64,000 nt of DNA from NCBI GenBank assembly GCA_013265495.1, contig MU061578.1, positions 1,125,308 to 1,189,307 on the forward strand. The letters are read 5' to 3'. This document shows positions 25,326 to 39,600 of the stretch, one piece after another. The translations under genes and the position numbers were made by a program. Below the pieces are notes generated by a model, which saw only the letters and a list, made by a program, of their open reading frames with translations, was not told the origin of the DNA and made no database searches. This DNA comes from Vicugna vicugna (taxonomy: Eukaryota). How positions within the stretch are numbered: position 1 is the stretch's first letter; each line of letters opens with the position of its first letter.

Positions 25326-27811
25326 GTAAGCACATAAATCTATCATGTGTGAGATTATGGTCTCCCAGTTTCTCCGTCCTACTGCTGCTGGGTTAAGTTC
25401 TGGCCAAGATTCACTCCATGCATGGGTTTTGGTGGAGGCTACAAACTATAGATACAGAAGTGGGCTTATGTGACTCAAACCTGGAAAATACAATACTCGA
25501 TTTCCTTGCACAGGACACAAGCGCAGTCAAACAATGTTTTTCTTCAGGATTTTTCTAAATGGACTCAGGCAAGGACTCTGTGTCCTCTGCTGTTCTGAGG
25601 TGATAGCTTACACGATAGAAGAATTAAGTACCTGACATCACAATAACTCAAGAGCTAAGATTAAACATACATGCTTTCATTCTAACTGGGCTTTTTTAGG
25701 TCAGATGCCCACTATCAGCCAGTTGGATCATCGTCTAATGATAGCTTGACGCCTGATTTCCAGAATGAAATGTTGACGAGGGGTTATTAGGACTGCCTTA
25801 GGCCAGTCAAGTCCCTGTCTCACTCCAACTCCAAATGCGGATGGGGTCAGATTCTCCAGTGCCATGTGAACTGCGTGGAGAGGGATGGCTGTGTGAGTGT
25901 CCATGTGAAGACATGAGCAAAATCAGTATTTCTCCAGGAAGAAGAACAAAGTTATGGAATCTCCATGGACAACCAACTGGATTCACAATAAAGCCATGAG
26001 AATAAAATTCCAAGCCTGCCAATGTTTTGCCACCTGCCTGGTAGGAAAAACTCATCTTCACTGGAAGGGAATGAGGCCAATACGGCGATCCATGAGAGGT
26101 GGAGAGCAACGATAGACCAGCTGCCACGCCGTTACTAAATTCCAACTAACCCCAAACTTTTTGATTCTATGACTCAAGAAATAACTGACCCCCTTCCACC
26201 GCTGATTTTTAACTCAGTCCAAGTGGAGTTTCTATCATTAATAATAGAATCAAGATTAATTCAATTATAAAGCGATCTAAACTGACTTTGCTCAGGGGAG
26301 GGACAGTAAATTCCATAAGACTGTCCTACAAGCTTCATTCACCGCCCAGCATATAACACAATACAGATGCTCAATAAATATTTGTTGAATGAATAAACCT
26401 CCACCAACCAGCTCACTACGCTGGACTGATCTCTTTCTTGGGAAAACAAACAAACAAATGATTTGTCTTTCATTTCATTTCTCAGTGTGACCAGGCTGGG
26501 AAATAGTTGTTCTCACTCTCAACTGTCAAAGAAGAAAATGGGAACAATGAGCTATTCAACTTGTGTCATATAACAATCATGACACTGGGCTAAAGAATGT
26601 TGCTGTGTTCAGTTTTATGATGCTTTGTGCTGTAAGTGGAACTTAACTGCAGATGAGTCCATGGAATTATTTTCTTTGTAGATGATTAAAATAGAAAAAA
26701 AATGTCCTAAATTTGTTTCACCCCCTTGGAGCCATTCTGTCTTAACTACCACCTCCTAATATCTTTACTGCTCTTCCCCTAGTGTTTCTGAAAACTGCAT
26801 TCAAAGTGTAAAAATAGTTCGCAGTTCTATTGTAATTGAAATGACAAATGCTGAAATACAAGGAAGGAAGCAAGAAGAGGCAAAATGGCTGCTGAGAGAA
26901 AAAGGAAAAAAAAGAAAAGCCTGTCAAATTGAACTCAGTTTTGCACAAAACACTGGAAACTAGCACCCTCCATTCTGAACCTTCAGTACAGATGTGCACG
27001 TGTATCTGATTGTTTCCAAATTCTGTCCTAGAGCATTAAAGTGAATGGTGCCTGGAGGGACGTGCGTTTTTGGCAGCGGCACTGCGCCTTAGCTAAAAGT
27101 CCCTTACGATACTGGATTCTAAGTGCTGGTTTGTTTTGACTAAATTTCCGTAGCCAACGGTGAAATTTGAAATAAAAGAGGGGGAACATAATAGTGGTGT
27201 TTTTCTTTTCTTTTTTATATTAATAACAGAATAATTATGTAATGTTACTATAATGAATTAAATGAAATAAAATTTCTATGTATCAATAATCACTATTAAT
27301 AAAATGTGTCCAGCGTTAAGCATTGTTCTGAGCTCATACTTTCTTCTTGTTGGGTGTTAAAATGTCATTTCTATCATGACATTCTAGGGAAAGTAGATTT
27401 TTATTGGTTTGTTTTATTGTTTGTTTTGTTTGTGATTCTTTTACATGGAAACCACATGAGGTGGGTCCCCAAGTTGGGTTTTGAAATGCACTGCTCCAGG
27501 CTATTTGAGTCTTCTGCTTCCAAACCCCACCGGAAGGTCTGTTTTATATGGAGAGAGATAATCATCTCCCCATGTTCCCCAAACCTTCAGTTTAGAAGGC
27601 AGCGTGCCAGCTGTTGAACCCCACGTGGGAAGACAACATTCACTTTGAAAAGCCAAAAACGAGGATTTTGATCCTGCGGCTCCCTGCCCCCGAGAAGGTG
27701 AACTCCTACTTGTGTGTCAAGATCCTTTTCAGTCTCCTGCTTCGAGCCTCACGCCACCACTGTTGGTATAACTTGGGATGATGTGTGTTCCCAGTAACTC
27801 AGAAAGAGGTT

Positions 27812-27816
<5 letters not shown>

Positions 27817-27844
<28 letters not shown>
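27817..27844. repeat. (GT)14 microsatellite
   Basis: Read directly. Confidence 0.97.
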
Positions 27845-27848
<4 letters not shown>

Positions 27849-29089
27849 GTAAATGTGAAGGAAACAACAGGAATGCTAATTACATTTAATGGAACTTGGC
27901 ACAATTTCTCAGGAGGTGGTGCTAATTTGCAGAAGGTAGCACTTCTGATTTGCTGATAAAAGGCTGAGGATCAAAGGGTGGTTTCACGAGAGAGAGAGAA
28001 GTATGTATTTTTCATCCACCACCGCCATGGCGGGAATAACAATGTCTTTCACATTCTAAACACTCCAGTGGGGAGATTTAGTTTTATTACACACTGTATT
28101 AAGAAAATGTGTGGGGCACTGGGGAATAAAAAACGAGGGCATGGGTATGCTGGGAGCAGATTTTTTAAAATGGGATTTGAAAGCCCTATTGGGGTAAATT
28201 GTGGGGAATGTGAATATTAGGGAAATTAGGGAAAATATGAAAATTATTGGCTTGTACCAATGAACTTCAATTCTGGGATGCAGAATTATAGAAATGAAAG
28301 GCAACTCATAATTTATCTGATTTGGATGTTTTGCTTTACAGATGAGAGTATTAAAGCATACAAAGTTTTTTTTTTGTTTTTGTTTTTTTTCCAAATTGCC
28401 CAAGCTCATGTGAATCCTGAGAAAACTGGAACCAGAAACCAGCCTCTCTGTGAGAACTGTACTCCATTCACTGCACCATGCAGCCTTGAAGGCAGGGTCC
28501 GGGACCCTGATTCCACGTGTCCTTTCTGGACATTGGTCTCCCTGGAGACATACCCTCCCTTAAGCGACACTCATAACTGGAGATGGATCTCAGTAATCAC
28601 CCCTCCCCACTTTAAGCTACATGTTAAGCAAAATTCTACAGATTGAAAAAAAAAAAAAAAAGACATTGGCAAAGCCAACTTCCAAAGAACTCGGGAACTT
28701 CAGCGAAGCATTGAGACAGACTGATCACGAGTTACTACTGTTCCAATGCTTATGTGCTCAGAGAAACACTGGCTGATTGCTTACCGTATAAATAAACTCA
28801 TTTGCAATGGCCCGTCTGGTATGGCGGAGTAAATGGAAGTGGCCTTTTCCATATTATTGATAAAGACACCAGAGCTCAGAACAGCAAAGAGAGAAAATTA
28901 TGTCTTGAACACTGAGGTGGCCTCCTGGTCACAGTTTTACTTGCTGTGCTGAATTCTGTAACACATTTAAGACCCACGCTGAATGAAATGTCTTTTTCTA
29001 ATCCCACAGTCCAGTTGGGGAGATTAGACACACAATATAAATCCATCAGAGAATGCACAATAGAGGGTCAGCGTGCTGTTAACAAGGAC

Positions 29090-29310
29090 AGTAATTTATT
29101 AAGAACATGCTGTGTGTCAAGGACCATGCTGAGTATTTTCTCATTGAATCCTCAGTAAACCAGGAGGCACAGCAACGATTGTGGTCATAACGAAGTGGAG
29201 GATACTGAGATTTCAAAGAGCTTAAGATGCCTGCCCAATATCATACTTCTTGTGGGGAAAGAATCTAAGATTGGATCCTGGATGTGTCTTATCTGCACTG
29301 CTCTTCATCA
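29090..29310 (-). mobile_element. MIR SINE
   Basis: 'taatttattaagaacatgctgtgtgtcaagg...ctcattgaatcctca...gaggatactgaga' is the reverse MIR pattern. Confidence 0.6.
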
Positions 29311-30310
29311 CTCCTTGGCTGGCAAAGGCAGTGAGCTTCCTGCGAGGGCCTGAGAGTTCAAGAATAGAAAGACAAGGTTCCAGAAGAAAGCTGGAGTTGA
29401 GCTGGGCCTCAAAAATTAAATATGATTTGGACAAAGAGAAACAAAGAGATATTCTGGGTCGAGGGCAGAGACGGAGTAAAGGAGGGGGAGGGTGCTTGTT
29501 GCCATCATCGGCAAGAGAAAATGGGGAGAGAACGGACGTGAAGGTAGCGTCAAGAAAGACAGATGCACTGGTTCAAAGGAGCAGAGAGGAGACGGCTTAG
29601 GGAACCACTGAACAGGGGTAGCAGTGCGGGCTCTGGGATCAGATTGCCTGTGTCTGAGTTGGAGCTCCGTCAGCACCTTAGCAAGCTTCATCCTTTCTCT
29701 AAGATTCCATCTCCTCGTAAGTCATTCATTCATCCAACATCCATGGAGCCCTGACTGCGTGCAAGGCATTGTTTCAAATGCTCAGGATACAACAGGGAAT
29801 GAAACAAACCTCAATCACGCTGCCTTGGGGTAAAGGCTAACCTTATAGGTATCTCTCAGATAAGGGGAAGAAACAGGTAATCCAGGCTAATTTCTCAGCC
29901 TGCCACACAGAAAGTGCCCAATAAACAGTGATGGGGAGGACGGAGAGGAACTGCGCTCATTACTGTTACTACTGTCATTAACAGTGATTAATTTTGTCAT
30001 CATGTCTTCTCTACTTTCTGTGCAAGAGGTTTCAGGAATTTGAGGTTATCTCTGTGCAACGCTGAAGATAATATTAATTACCCAGGGCACGTTTGCCAAA
30101 ATACTAATTAAATCAATTATGTATTATTTTAATCTGAAAATATCACCCATGAAAGAGGAGAAGGCAGGTGAACTGAATCGTCACACACAACAAAACAGCC
30201 GTCACATCAGTGTGGTGGTGAAACTTGCACCGGATGTTGGTTTTGTAAATGGGGTGAAAAATGCACGTGTCATGAAAGAACGTTGTGAGGATACAGTTAG
30301 CCGTGCACAC

Positions 30311-30528
30311 CAGTGGTTCTCAACTGGGGAATTTCTGACCCCCAGGGGACATTTGGCCATGTCTAGAGGCATTTTTGGTTGCCACCTGGAGGAAGGTGTT
30401 GCTGCTGGATCTAGTGGGTACAGTAGATTTGCTAAACATCCTGCAAATGCATAGGGCAACCTCCCCACTTCCCAACAAAGAATTATCTGACCTGAAATAT
30501 CAGTAGAGCCAAGGTTACGGAAAACCTG
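30311..30528 (+). mobile_element. MER20 hAT MITE inserted in a MIR
   Basis: 'cagtggttctcaactgggg...ccccaggggacatttggccatgtctagaggcatttttggttgccac...gctaaacatcctgcaa...acaaagaattatctg...aaacctg'. MIR sequence lies on both sides. Confidence 0.92.
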
Positions 30529-31442
30529 ATACACTGAAAGCTCTTAGCACAATGCCTAGCATCTCATAGGAACTCAAAACTGATGACCATAATTATTGCT
30601 ATTACAATGATCATTTTCATCATCACCATCACGTTGCACCCTGCCCATGTAAATGGGAGGAAACTCTGGCCGTGGATGTGGCAGAGTTTGACACTATGAT
30701 TGGTGGCTGTTGTCTTCTTGAGAGACAATGTCACATGTTCCCAGTCCTGAAACACTGGCTGATTAACTTCCCTTGTCCTCCACATCCAAACATCTTATTG
30801 TCAGTGTAACAAACACTGTATGTAAATTCAGTTATGATTCTGTGCCATGGCTTATTTCTTTTAATTAGAGTATTAGAATTATTCCCCATGGAGTTCACCC
30901 AAGGGGGGACGTCGCAAAACCTTTAAGAAATATATAATGTTAAAAAAATGGAGTGAGGACTAAAATAGAGCCACACTCTTCCCATTTGAAAGTATATTTG
31001 TTCATGTCAGGAGAATGAAGGCTGCATGAATCATTCATCAGAATAACAGTTTATTGGCAAAATTGTTGTCTTTGGATGGTATGCATTATGGAGTGAATAA
31101 ATAATGCGGATGGATATTTTTAGGGACTGAAGAGTAAATCTAGGAAGAAAATTTGTAGCAGGAAGGAAAGGAGGTTATGGCTAGAAGTGGTTAAGGCTTC
31201 TCAGTGAAATATGCAAAGGACATAAAGTTTGCCTCAGCCAAGACGTAAAGCAGAAAACCAAGTAAAGCCCTTCTAACTGCTTTGCTCTTGCGTGGCTGTG
31301 GCTGTTTCTATCACCTTTTCACTGAAGGCTTTCTGTACCAGTATGAATGAAATTAATTAGGTTTCCTATGGCTATCTTCCTGAGCTAGCCGACGAGATTC
31401 ACAAATTCACACTGACTGAGACAATCTGACCATTGGTGTGCG

Positions 31443-32622
31443 TTTTTTTTTTTTTAACGAGATACAATTGACATATAAGATTGTGTAAGTTAAAGTGCAC
31501 ATGTTGATTTGGTACATTTATATATTGCCATATGATAACCACCAACAGAGTTAGCTAACAACTCTACCAAGTCATGCAATTATCATTTCTTCCTTGTGCT
31601 GAGAACATTTAAGAGCCAGTCTCTTAGCAACTTTGGAGTATATAGTACAGTATTGTTGACTATAACCGTAACATTGTACATTAGCTCCCCCCAGAATTTA
31701 TTCATCTTCGAACTACAAGTTTGTACCTTTTAATCACTATCTCTCCAATTCCCCTTTGTCCTATCCCCTGGTAACCACCATTCTACTCTCTGTTTCTGTG
31801 AGTTCAGCTTTTTTAGATTCCCCATGTAAGTGATGTCATACAGTATTTGACATTCTCTGTCTGAATTCTCACTTAGCATAATGCCCTCAAGATCCATCCC
31901 TGTTGTAACAAATGGCAGAATTTCCTTCTTTCTCATGGCTGAATTACATTCTCTTGTGGACACACACACACACACACATATATATGACACATATACATGT
32001 CAATCATATCTTTATCCATTCACCATTGACAAACACTTAGGTTGTTTCCATATCTTGCTTACTGTGAATAATGCTGCAATAAACCTAAAAGTGCAGGTAT
32101 CTTCTCAATATCTCATCACCATTTCCTTTGGGCATGGACCCAGAAGTGAGATTGCTGGATCATACAGTAGTTTCTTTTTTAATGTTTTGAGGAACCTCCA
32201 TCCTGACTCCACAGTGGCCGAACCAATTTACATTCCTACCAACAGAGGGAGCGGGATTCCCATTTCTCCACATCCTCGCCAGCACTTGCTATCTTTTGTC
32301 TTCTTGGGGATAGCCATTTGGACAGATGTGAGGTGATAGCTTATTGTGGCTTTGGTTTGCATCTCCCTGATGATTAGTGATACTGAGCACCTTTTCATGT
32401 ACCTGATGGCCATTGGATGTCTCCCTTGGAAAAACGTCTATTCAGTTTCTTTGCCCATTTTAAAATCAGACTTTAGTTTTTGTTTGTCTGTTTGTTTGTT
32501 TGTTTGTTTTGTTACTGAATTGTACGAGTCCTTTGTATAGTTTGGATTTAACTCCTTACCAGATACATGGTTTGCACACCTCTTCTCCCATTCCGTAGGT
32601 TGCCTTTTCATTTTGTCAATGG
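31443..32622 (-). mobile_element. LINE-1 (L1MA-like) 3' fragment
   Basis: Frameshifted ORF2 remnants 'KMKRQPTEWEKRCANHVSGKEL', '[24 protein letters not shown]' and 'SAMRKKEILPFVTTGMDLEGIMLSE', followed by a 3'UTR and T-tract. Confidence 0.92.
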
Positions 32623-33142
32623 GACCAGTAGGGTTTGCTGTCCACTCGTTCAGCTTGGCCTGCTCAGTTTTACTCCCTGGCACATATCAAACAAAATTGT
32701 TCTTCTTTCACTCTCTGGCCAGCTGCACATCAGACTCTGGTTCATTTTGTGTTCAGAGTGGAGAAATTCACTGCTGTGCTCCAAACCTTCTAGATCAAAC
32801 CTCAGCTTGCTGGGGGAACCACACCCCCATTAGCAGTATCAATACAAAGCTGCTGCTTGTAGAAAATCTGTCATTGGTAAGTGAGTTTTGATGCTGATTG
32901 ATTCAACAGAGACAAGACCATTTTGCTTCATTGCATTCCTTAAATGTAGCTGATGCTGTAAACTATTTCAGAGCATTTTTATGTTTTTTCCTCTGGGGAG
33001 GAAAAACCTACTTCATAAAAAATTGAAATCTAAGTTAAAAAAAAAATCCCTACCTTGTGTGGTTCTACACTGTCAAGAACAGTCTCTTATGATCTCCCAA
33101 CATCACTAGACAAGCACACAAATTAAACACTTCCTTAGAAGT

Positions 33143-33202
33143 GGGCCTGGCACACGTTTTTCATAAAGGGCCAGAGAGTACATGTTTTAGGCTTTGAGGG
33201 CC
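33143..33202 (-). mobile_element. MER58 fragment
   Basis: 'taaagggccagagagtacatgttttaggctttgagggcc' is the reverse MER58 terminus. Confidence 0.55.
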
Positions 33203-34356
33203 TACTAAATGCCACCGATATATCATTGCCTGTGTCTGCCTGGAACTCCTGTTTGCAGCCGTCCTAGCACATCAGCCTCGAGGAGACTGGGGCACACAGC
33301 CAAGTACCCCATCACTTCCTCCCTCACCTGACTGCACAGGTGTATCAGAAGGAGAGTGCGGTGGCCCACTGCCACGATGATGCCAACAAGTTAAAACTGA
33401 TCATCAGGCTATTCTTAACCATCCTCCAGCCATCCCAACCCTGGGGACTCTCCCAGGCCACCCTGCTCCAGCGTCTCCAACCTCTGATCTTCCTGAATAC
33501 CCACGATCCTTCTACTTCTTCCCCCTCCCCCACTGAATCACAGTCAGTTCATGGACTTCTCTCTAACTTTCTTGTTTTCCTTATAACCCATAACCTAAGA
33601 ACCTCACCTTTAACTTCTTCAGTTGGTTTACTGATTTAGGTTTTCCTCTTAAATATAGATTATTCACTCGCTCAGAGGAAATCAGGTGAGTGTGTGTGTG
33701 TGAGAGAGACAGACACAGAGACAGAGACAACCCCCGTTACATCACCGTTCAAGCACTAAACATTAAAAGGAGCAACAGCAATCTCTTGATTCCTGGCCAA
33801 GAAAAATGAAAACCAGGATTGATATCCTCGCCCTCCTTAGAATCACTGATCTGGAAGTTGCAGCAAACAGAGTAACAAGCAAGAGCTCCAAGGTGGGTAC
33901 CAGGGCCCCTGGTAGCTCTGTCCACTGGCTGGACTCAGCCCCACACCAGGTGCATGTAAGCAGAGCTCCTCCTGCCCTCCACAGCTAGGTGCCTGGGAGC
34001 AGCACACACACCACAGAACTGCACACAACAGCCCTGGCAGGGACGGAGCCCATCTTGCAACGCCCTGAATGCTCAGTGCCTGACACAGATAGCGTCCAAC
34101 ACCAGTGAGTACTCAACAAGTACCTGTGAAATGGGTGAATGATGATAAGATTGGATCCTCAGCAGCCAAAGATGAAGGTGAGGATTTGAAACAGCAGCTC
34201 CTTGTCTATAGTCTGGAGGCCCTTCAAAGACATCAAAACTGTCACAACTTCTTCAGGGCCTCAGCTTCCAGCAGGCATTAATGTGATATGTCTTGGTCCT
34301 TGCCAGCCCTGGTCTCCTCCTCTAGTTTATAATTTAGGGTTAATTCAAGAAGCAGA

Positions 34357-34946
34357 AGGAACCCTACTTCAAAAGGACACCTGCACCCCAGTGTTCATAG
34401 CAGCACTATTTACAATAGCCAGGACGTGGAAACAGCCTAAATGCCCATCAACAGATGACTGGATAAAGAAGATGTGGTATATTTATACAATGGAATACTA
34501 CTCAGCCATAAAAACTGACAACATAATGCCATTTGCAGCAACATGGATGTTCCTGGAGAATGTCATTCTAAGAGAAGTAAGCCAGAAAGAGAAAGAAAAA
34601 TACCATATGAGATCACTCACATGTGGAATCTAAAAAACAAACAAACAAACAAACCATAAATACAAAACAGAAACAGACTCATAGACATAGAATACAAACT
34701 TGTGGTTGTCAAGGGGGAGGAGGGTGGGAAGGGATAGACTGCAATTTCAAAATGTAGAACAAGTAAACAAGATTATACTGTATAGCACAGGGAAATATAT
34801 ATAAGATCTTATAGTAGCTCACAGAGAAAAAAATGTGACAATGAATATATATATGTTCATGTATAACTGAAAAATTGTGCTCTACACTGGAATTTGACAT
34901 AACATTGTAAAATGATTATAAATCAATAAAAAATGTTAAAAAAAAA
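34357..34946 (+). mobile_element. Young 5'-truncated L1 (ORF2 C-terminus, 3'UTR and poly-A)
   Basis: Uninterrupted ORF2 end 'KDTCTPVFIAALFTIARTWKQPKCPSTDDWIKKMWYIYTMEYYSAIK...' with stop at 34633, then AATAAA and A-tail. TSD aagaagcaga (34347-34356) / aagtagcaga (34945-34954). Confidence 0.95.
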
Positions 34947-35052
34947 GTAGCAGACCATTTTTTTATAGCCCACTTAAAATGTCCTGCCCCTTCTGTAGTT
35001 ACTTGAAAATGTCTGCAAAGAGGTAGGGCAGCAATGTTTTTAAAAGCAAAAA

Positions 35053-36492
35053 TTAACGAAAAGGCTGCCTACTGAATGACAGAAAACATTCGCAAATGAT
35101 GTATCTAATAAGGGGTTAATATTCAAAATATACAAAGAACTCATACGACAACATCAAAGAAAACAAACAACCAGATTAAAAATTGGGCAGGGGATCTGAA
35201 TAGATATTTTTGCAAAGAAGATATACAGATAGCCAACAAACATGTGAGAAGGTCTCAGTGTCACTCATTATGAGGGAAGTGAAAATCAGAACCACTTCAC
35301 ACTCGCCAGAATGGCTGTTTTCAAAAAGACAACAAATAGCCCAGTGTTAGCAAGGATGTGGAGAAAAGGGAACCCTCGTGCACTACTGGTGGGAATGTAA
35401 ATTGGTACAGGCACTATGGAAAACAGTATGGAGGTTACTTAAAAAATTAAAAGGAGAACTATCATATGGCCCAGCAATTCCACTCCTGGGATTTTATTTG
35501 AAAAAAAAAATGAAAGCACTAGTTTGAAAAGATGCATGCGCCCCAATGTTCACTGAAGCATTGTTTACAATATCCAAGATATAGAAGCAAACTAAGTGCC
35601 CACTGATGTATATATATGTATACACATATATACAATGCAGTATTACTCAGTCATAAAAACAAATGAAATTCTGCCATTTGCAAGAACATAAATGGATTTG
35701 GAGGGCATTAGGCTTAGTGAAATAAGTCAGATAAGATAAATACCATGATTTCACTTATATATAGAACGTGACGAATAGAACCAAACTGAAACAGAGTCAT
35801 AGATACTGAGCAAAGACAGGTGGTTGCCTGAGTCGAGGGGATGAGGGGGAAAGAGAGAAATAGGTGAGGGAGCGATTAAGAGGTACAAAGTCCCAGCCAC
35901 GAAACAAATGAGTCATGGGTATAAAATGTACCGTGTGGGGAATATAGTCAATATTTATGTAATATCTCTGCATGATGATAGGTGGTAACTAGACTTTTCA
36001 TGGTGATCATTCTGAAACGTATAAAAATATTGAGTCACTAGGTTGCATAATAGAAACTCACATAGTGGTATAGGTCAATTATACTTCAAAAACGAACAAA
36101 TTCATAGAGAAAAAGATCAGATTTGTGCTTACCAGAGACAGGTGCTGCGGGGAAAGGGAATTGGATGAAGATAATTCCCTTAAGGAGGCACAAAGTCCTA
36201 GTTACAGGAGAAATGAGGACTAGAGATGTAACATACAATATGATGAATATAATGAACACTGCTGCCTGTTACATGTGAAAGCTGTTAAGAGAGTAAATCT
36301 TAAGGGGTCCCCTCACAAGGAAACATGTTTTCCTATTTATTTAAGTTTGTATCTAAATAAGATGATGGATGTTCACTAAACTTATTGTGGGGATTATGTC
36401 ATGATGTATGTAAGTCAAATCATTATGCAGCGCATCTTAAATTTATACAGTGTCATATGTCAATTATAGCTCAATAAAACTGGAAAGGAAAA
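35053..36492 (+). mobile_element. LINE-1 3' fragment with long 3'UTR, inserted into an older L1ME-like remnant (~35025-35052 and ~36504-36830)
   Basis: Degraded ORF2 DNA motifs ('gcaaggatgtggagaaaagggaaccctcgtgcactactggtgggaatgtaaattggtacag') and 'ctcaataaaactggaa'. The 11-bp TSD aaaagcaaaaa (35042-35052 / 36493-36503) sits at a tt/aaaa site. Confidence 0.92.
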
Positions 36493-36658
36493 AAAAGCAA
36501 AAAAAAAAAAAGGGAAATAACCTAGCAGTCTATCAGAAGGGGAATTCTGAATTAAATTACGCAACAACCCTAAGGAAAATTTCTATATAGGTATCAAGTA
36601 GGGGAAAAAAATTAGCAAAAACATGGTGTGCATACTCAGATGATTTTGAAATATGGTT

Positions 36659-36684
36659 GTGTGTGTGTGTGTGTGTGTGTGTGT
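36659..36684. repeat. (GT)13 microsatellite
   Basis: Read directly. Confidence 0.97.
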
Positions 36685-39600
36685 ATGCAGAGGAAAAACT
36701 ATAAACTACTAAAAGCCATTGTTTCTAGAATGTACAATTTAAAGGGGGGTGATTTCCTGTATTTCATAGGCTCTTATTCTTTTCTGTTTTGGATTTTTGC
36801 AACAGACATGTATTATTTCTGTCATGGAAAAGAAACTAAAAATCAAACTTGAAAACAATACGTTCTCAAACTAGTTTGTTGTTTACAAACTGAAGATCAT
36901 GAAGAGGTTTATTGAGATTCTGAGTGGGGGAAGGGGCGGAAAGACCGAGATTCCAGGGAGTAATAAAAGGATCAGAAGAACCAGGGGTATAAAGGAACAG
37001 ATCAGACAGTGAATGAGGTCAGTCACCCACTTGCAAAAGCAAAACATCAGTAGACCAGGCACTTCATCCATAGTCATAAAATTCCCTCATCCATGTGCCA
37101 TCTTCCAAAGCAAAATCTCTGAACGTGTCTCTTTGCTCTGAATTGATAAGGTTACTAATTACCAGGGGACAAGGGCTCTCCACAGTGACATTTATACAAT
37201 TCCCTGCCCCTTCGTCCAAATCAAACAAGGTAATACTCAAAGGATATTGGCCAGTAGATTCCCCATGCTTCAACTCCAGCAAGTTTTCGAATCTCATTTG
37301 GCTGATATTAAAGCAAGAAAAATAAGATTTAGGAGTCTTGAGCTACAGATGCTTTTACTAGTTTGGGAGTCATTTATATGGGCACCACGGTGCTTGCAGA
37401 CAAGTAAAGATGGACATAATCCCTTCTGAGTGATCTTAGACACAATATAGAAAAGCCCACATTTACGTATACAACGCAACAGAAAAGTGAAGATGCTGGG
37501 TGATTTGTCCAAGGTCGTAATGCCAGCTGGTTACCAAAATGGGAGCTCAACCCAGCTGTCTTCAACCCACCTCTTGAGGGGATGGACCAGAGAATAACTT
37601 AAAACATTCCTCCAGCTTTTAAGTCTATGATTCTTTAAGAAGAAAGATAAGAAGGAGGAAGACAAGAGCTGTTTTAAATTTACCTTTGCTTTTTATTTAA
37701 CTAGGAATCAAGAAATCTGGATTCTTACATTAGTTGTATCATCTGCATAACGGGGTCTAACAAAACTCGCTCCTTTGCATTTATAGAATTACTGTAATAT
37801 TAAAATGAATATACAAGTGAATATGACTATACATGTTCATTTTAACCACCATGTAAGTATGCATACAGAGAGAGAGAATAGATAGATAAGCGATTGATAA
37901 TATGTTAATTTGTTATTTTAGAAACTAGACATCATTCCGTCATCATTGGCACATTTCAGCTACAGGGAACAGTGCTGGCTTCCCTGGCACGTTTCTGGGA
38001 GCTTGGAGGGGTTTCTCTGGCAAGACACCAACTCCCTTGTGAGGAGTTGGCTGCAGCTCTGAGAAAAAGAAACAGACTCTTGTTATAGTAAATGTCAGCA
38101 CCAGTGGGGCAACCTTGCTAGCTGGCTGCGTTCTGGGAACAAATATGCTTTTGGTGGCTCTTGACCTGGAAAACTCCACTCGGGGAGCCCCCCAACCTTG
38201 GAGCCTGTTTTCAGGGAGAGTGAGCATCAATGCTCTCATGCTCTCACTCCGGACTCTCCAAATGCAAATCACCGGACGCGTTCCATCTTCCCGCTCTAGG
38301 GCTGACTGGAAACCTCTCAACGTCCATCCCTCGTGTTGACATCATTTCTACAAATGCAAGTATCCTTGCAAACATCTAGAAAGGTGATGCTTGTAAGCAG
38401 CTGTTCGAATGAAGCAAAGAGCCCCTCCATGGGAAAATTCACTTACTGCTGCATTTGTAAAGTTTACCTTCAGTACTTCAGCCTAGAAATCTCTTGAATT
38501 GGATAACCCATGTTCAAACATTGGTTTTGATGTTTACTAGGTATTTATTTGCTTAGCCAATGGCTACTACCATGTCCTCAATGGAGATAACAATAGCCTC
38601 TAACTCCTAGAGTGACCTAGGATTAAAAGAAGTAAAGACTAGAAGAGTTTATCTAGTGCCACACGCTTAGCAGCAAACGTACCTGTGAAGAGTAGTAGGT
38701 GGAATGATGTTGTTAGCAAATATGTAATAAATTTTGTTACCCATTCTAGAGCAACACAAACACACAATTTTAAAAGGCACAGCCGTTTAAAATAGTTAAG
38801 TTCAACGTAGTAGCAGACTGTGGTAATTTAATTATTTCTAGCTGGTGATGAGCTACAGATAAATGGGAGAGAAAGGGCTTAGGGTAGATATAAAGTTCCT
38901 AAACATTACTCTTAAACAGCCTCCCCAAGCCTCCAGAGGCTCCTTTCTGCAGGAGGAAGAAGATGAGCAATTCTGTTCAAGCTACATGAATAGCGGGGTC
39001 AGGAAACCAGAGCCGTGGGCTTCACTTCCTCAGTTCATGCCAAATTCCACTCGGCATTCCTATTTATTGCAATAATATCTTCCTGAAAGGTGGGGGAATT
39101 AGGTGAGCACATGAAGTGCTGAGGGAATACAAAATGAAGGATGGATCAGCTACTGAGACAGAAATGAGTGCTGTCCTGCTGCAGCTAAGCGAAGACACCC
39201 ACACGTACTATATTTTCCTATCCCATGACCACGGCAGACATCATTAATTGATCATGGCATTCTTTGCCCATGAACCTGTCTGTGAGCCCATAATCCTCTA
39301 CACAGTCCTGCTCCAGACAGACACGACCAATCACCCGGGGATAGAAAGTGACATAAAACCATTTTATAATCTCAGACGTTGGTCTTGACAGAAACAATAA
39401 ATAAAGGTTTGCAACCATGATGAAGGCAGGCATTTAAGTAGCTGGGAACAACTCAAGCCAAAATCATAGCAGAAAGGAGCCTAACACCTAGAGGGGAAAG
39501 TAAAGAGCTGGTTCCTTTTCTCCTAAGCATGGAAGGTTTGGGGCTGACAAAATGTGAAATTGGCTAGAGAGAAGTAAAAGACAGACTGAAGGATTCAGGG

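Noticed and set aside
31730..32683. Cluster of ORFs resembling a gene
   Set aside because: Frameshifted L1 ORF2 remnants and their antisense frames.
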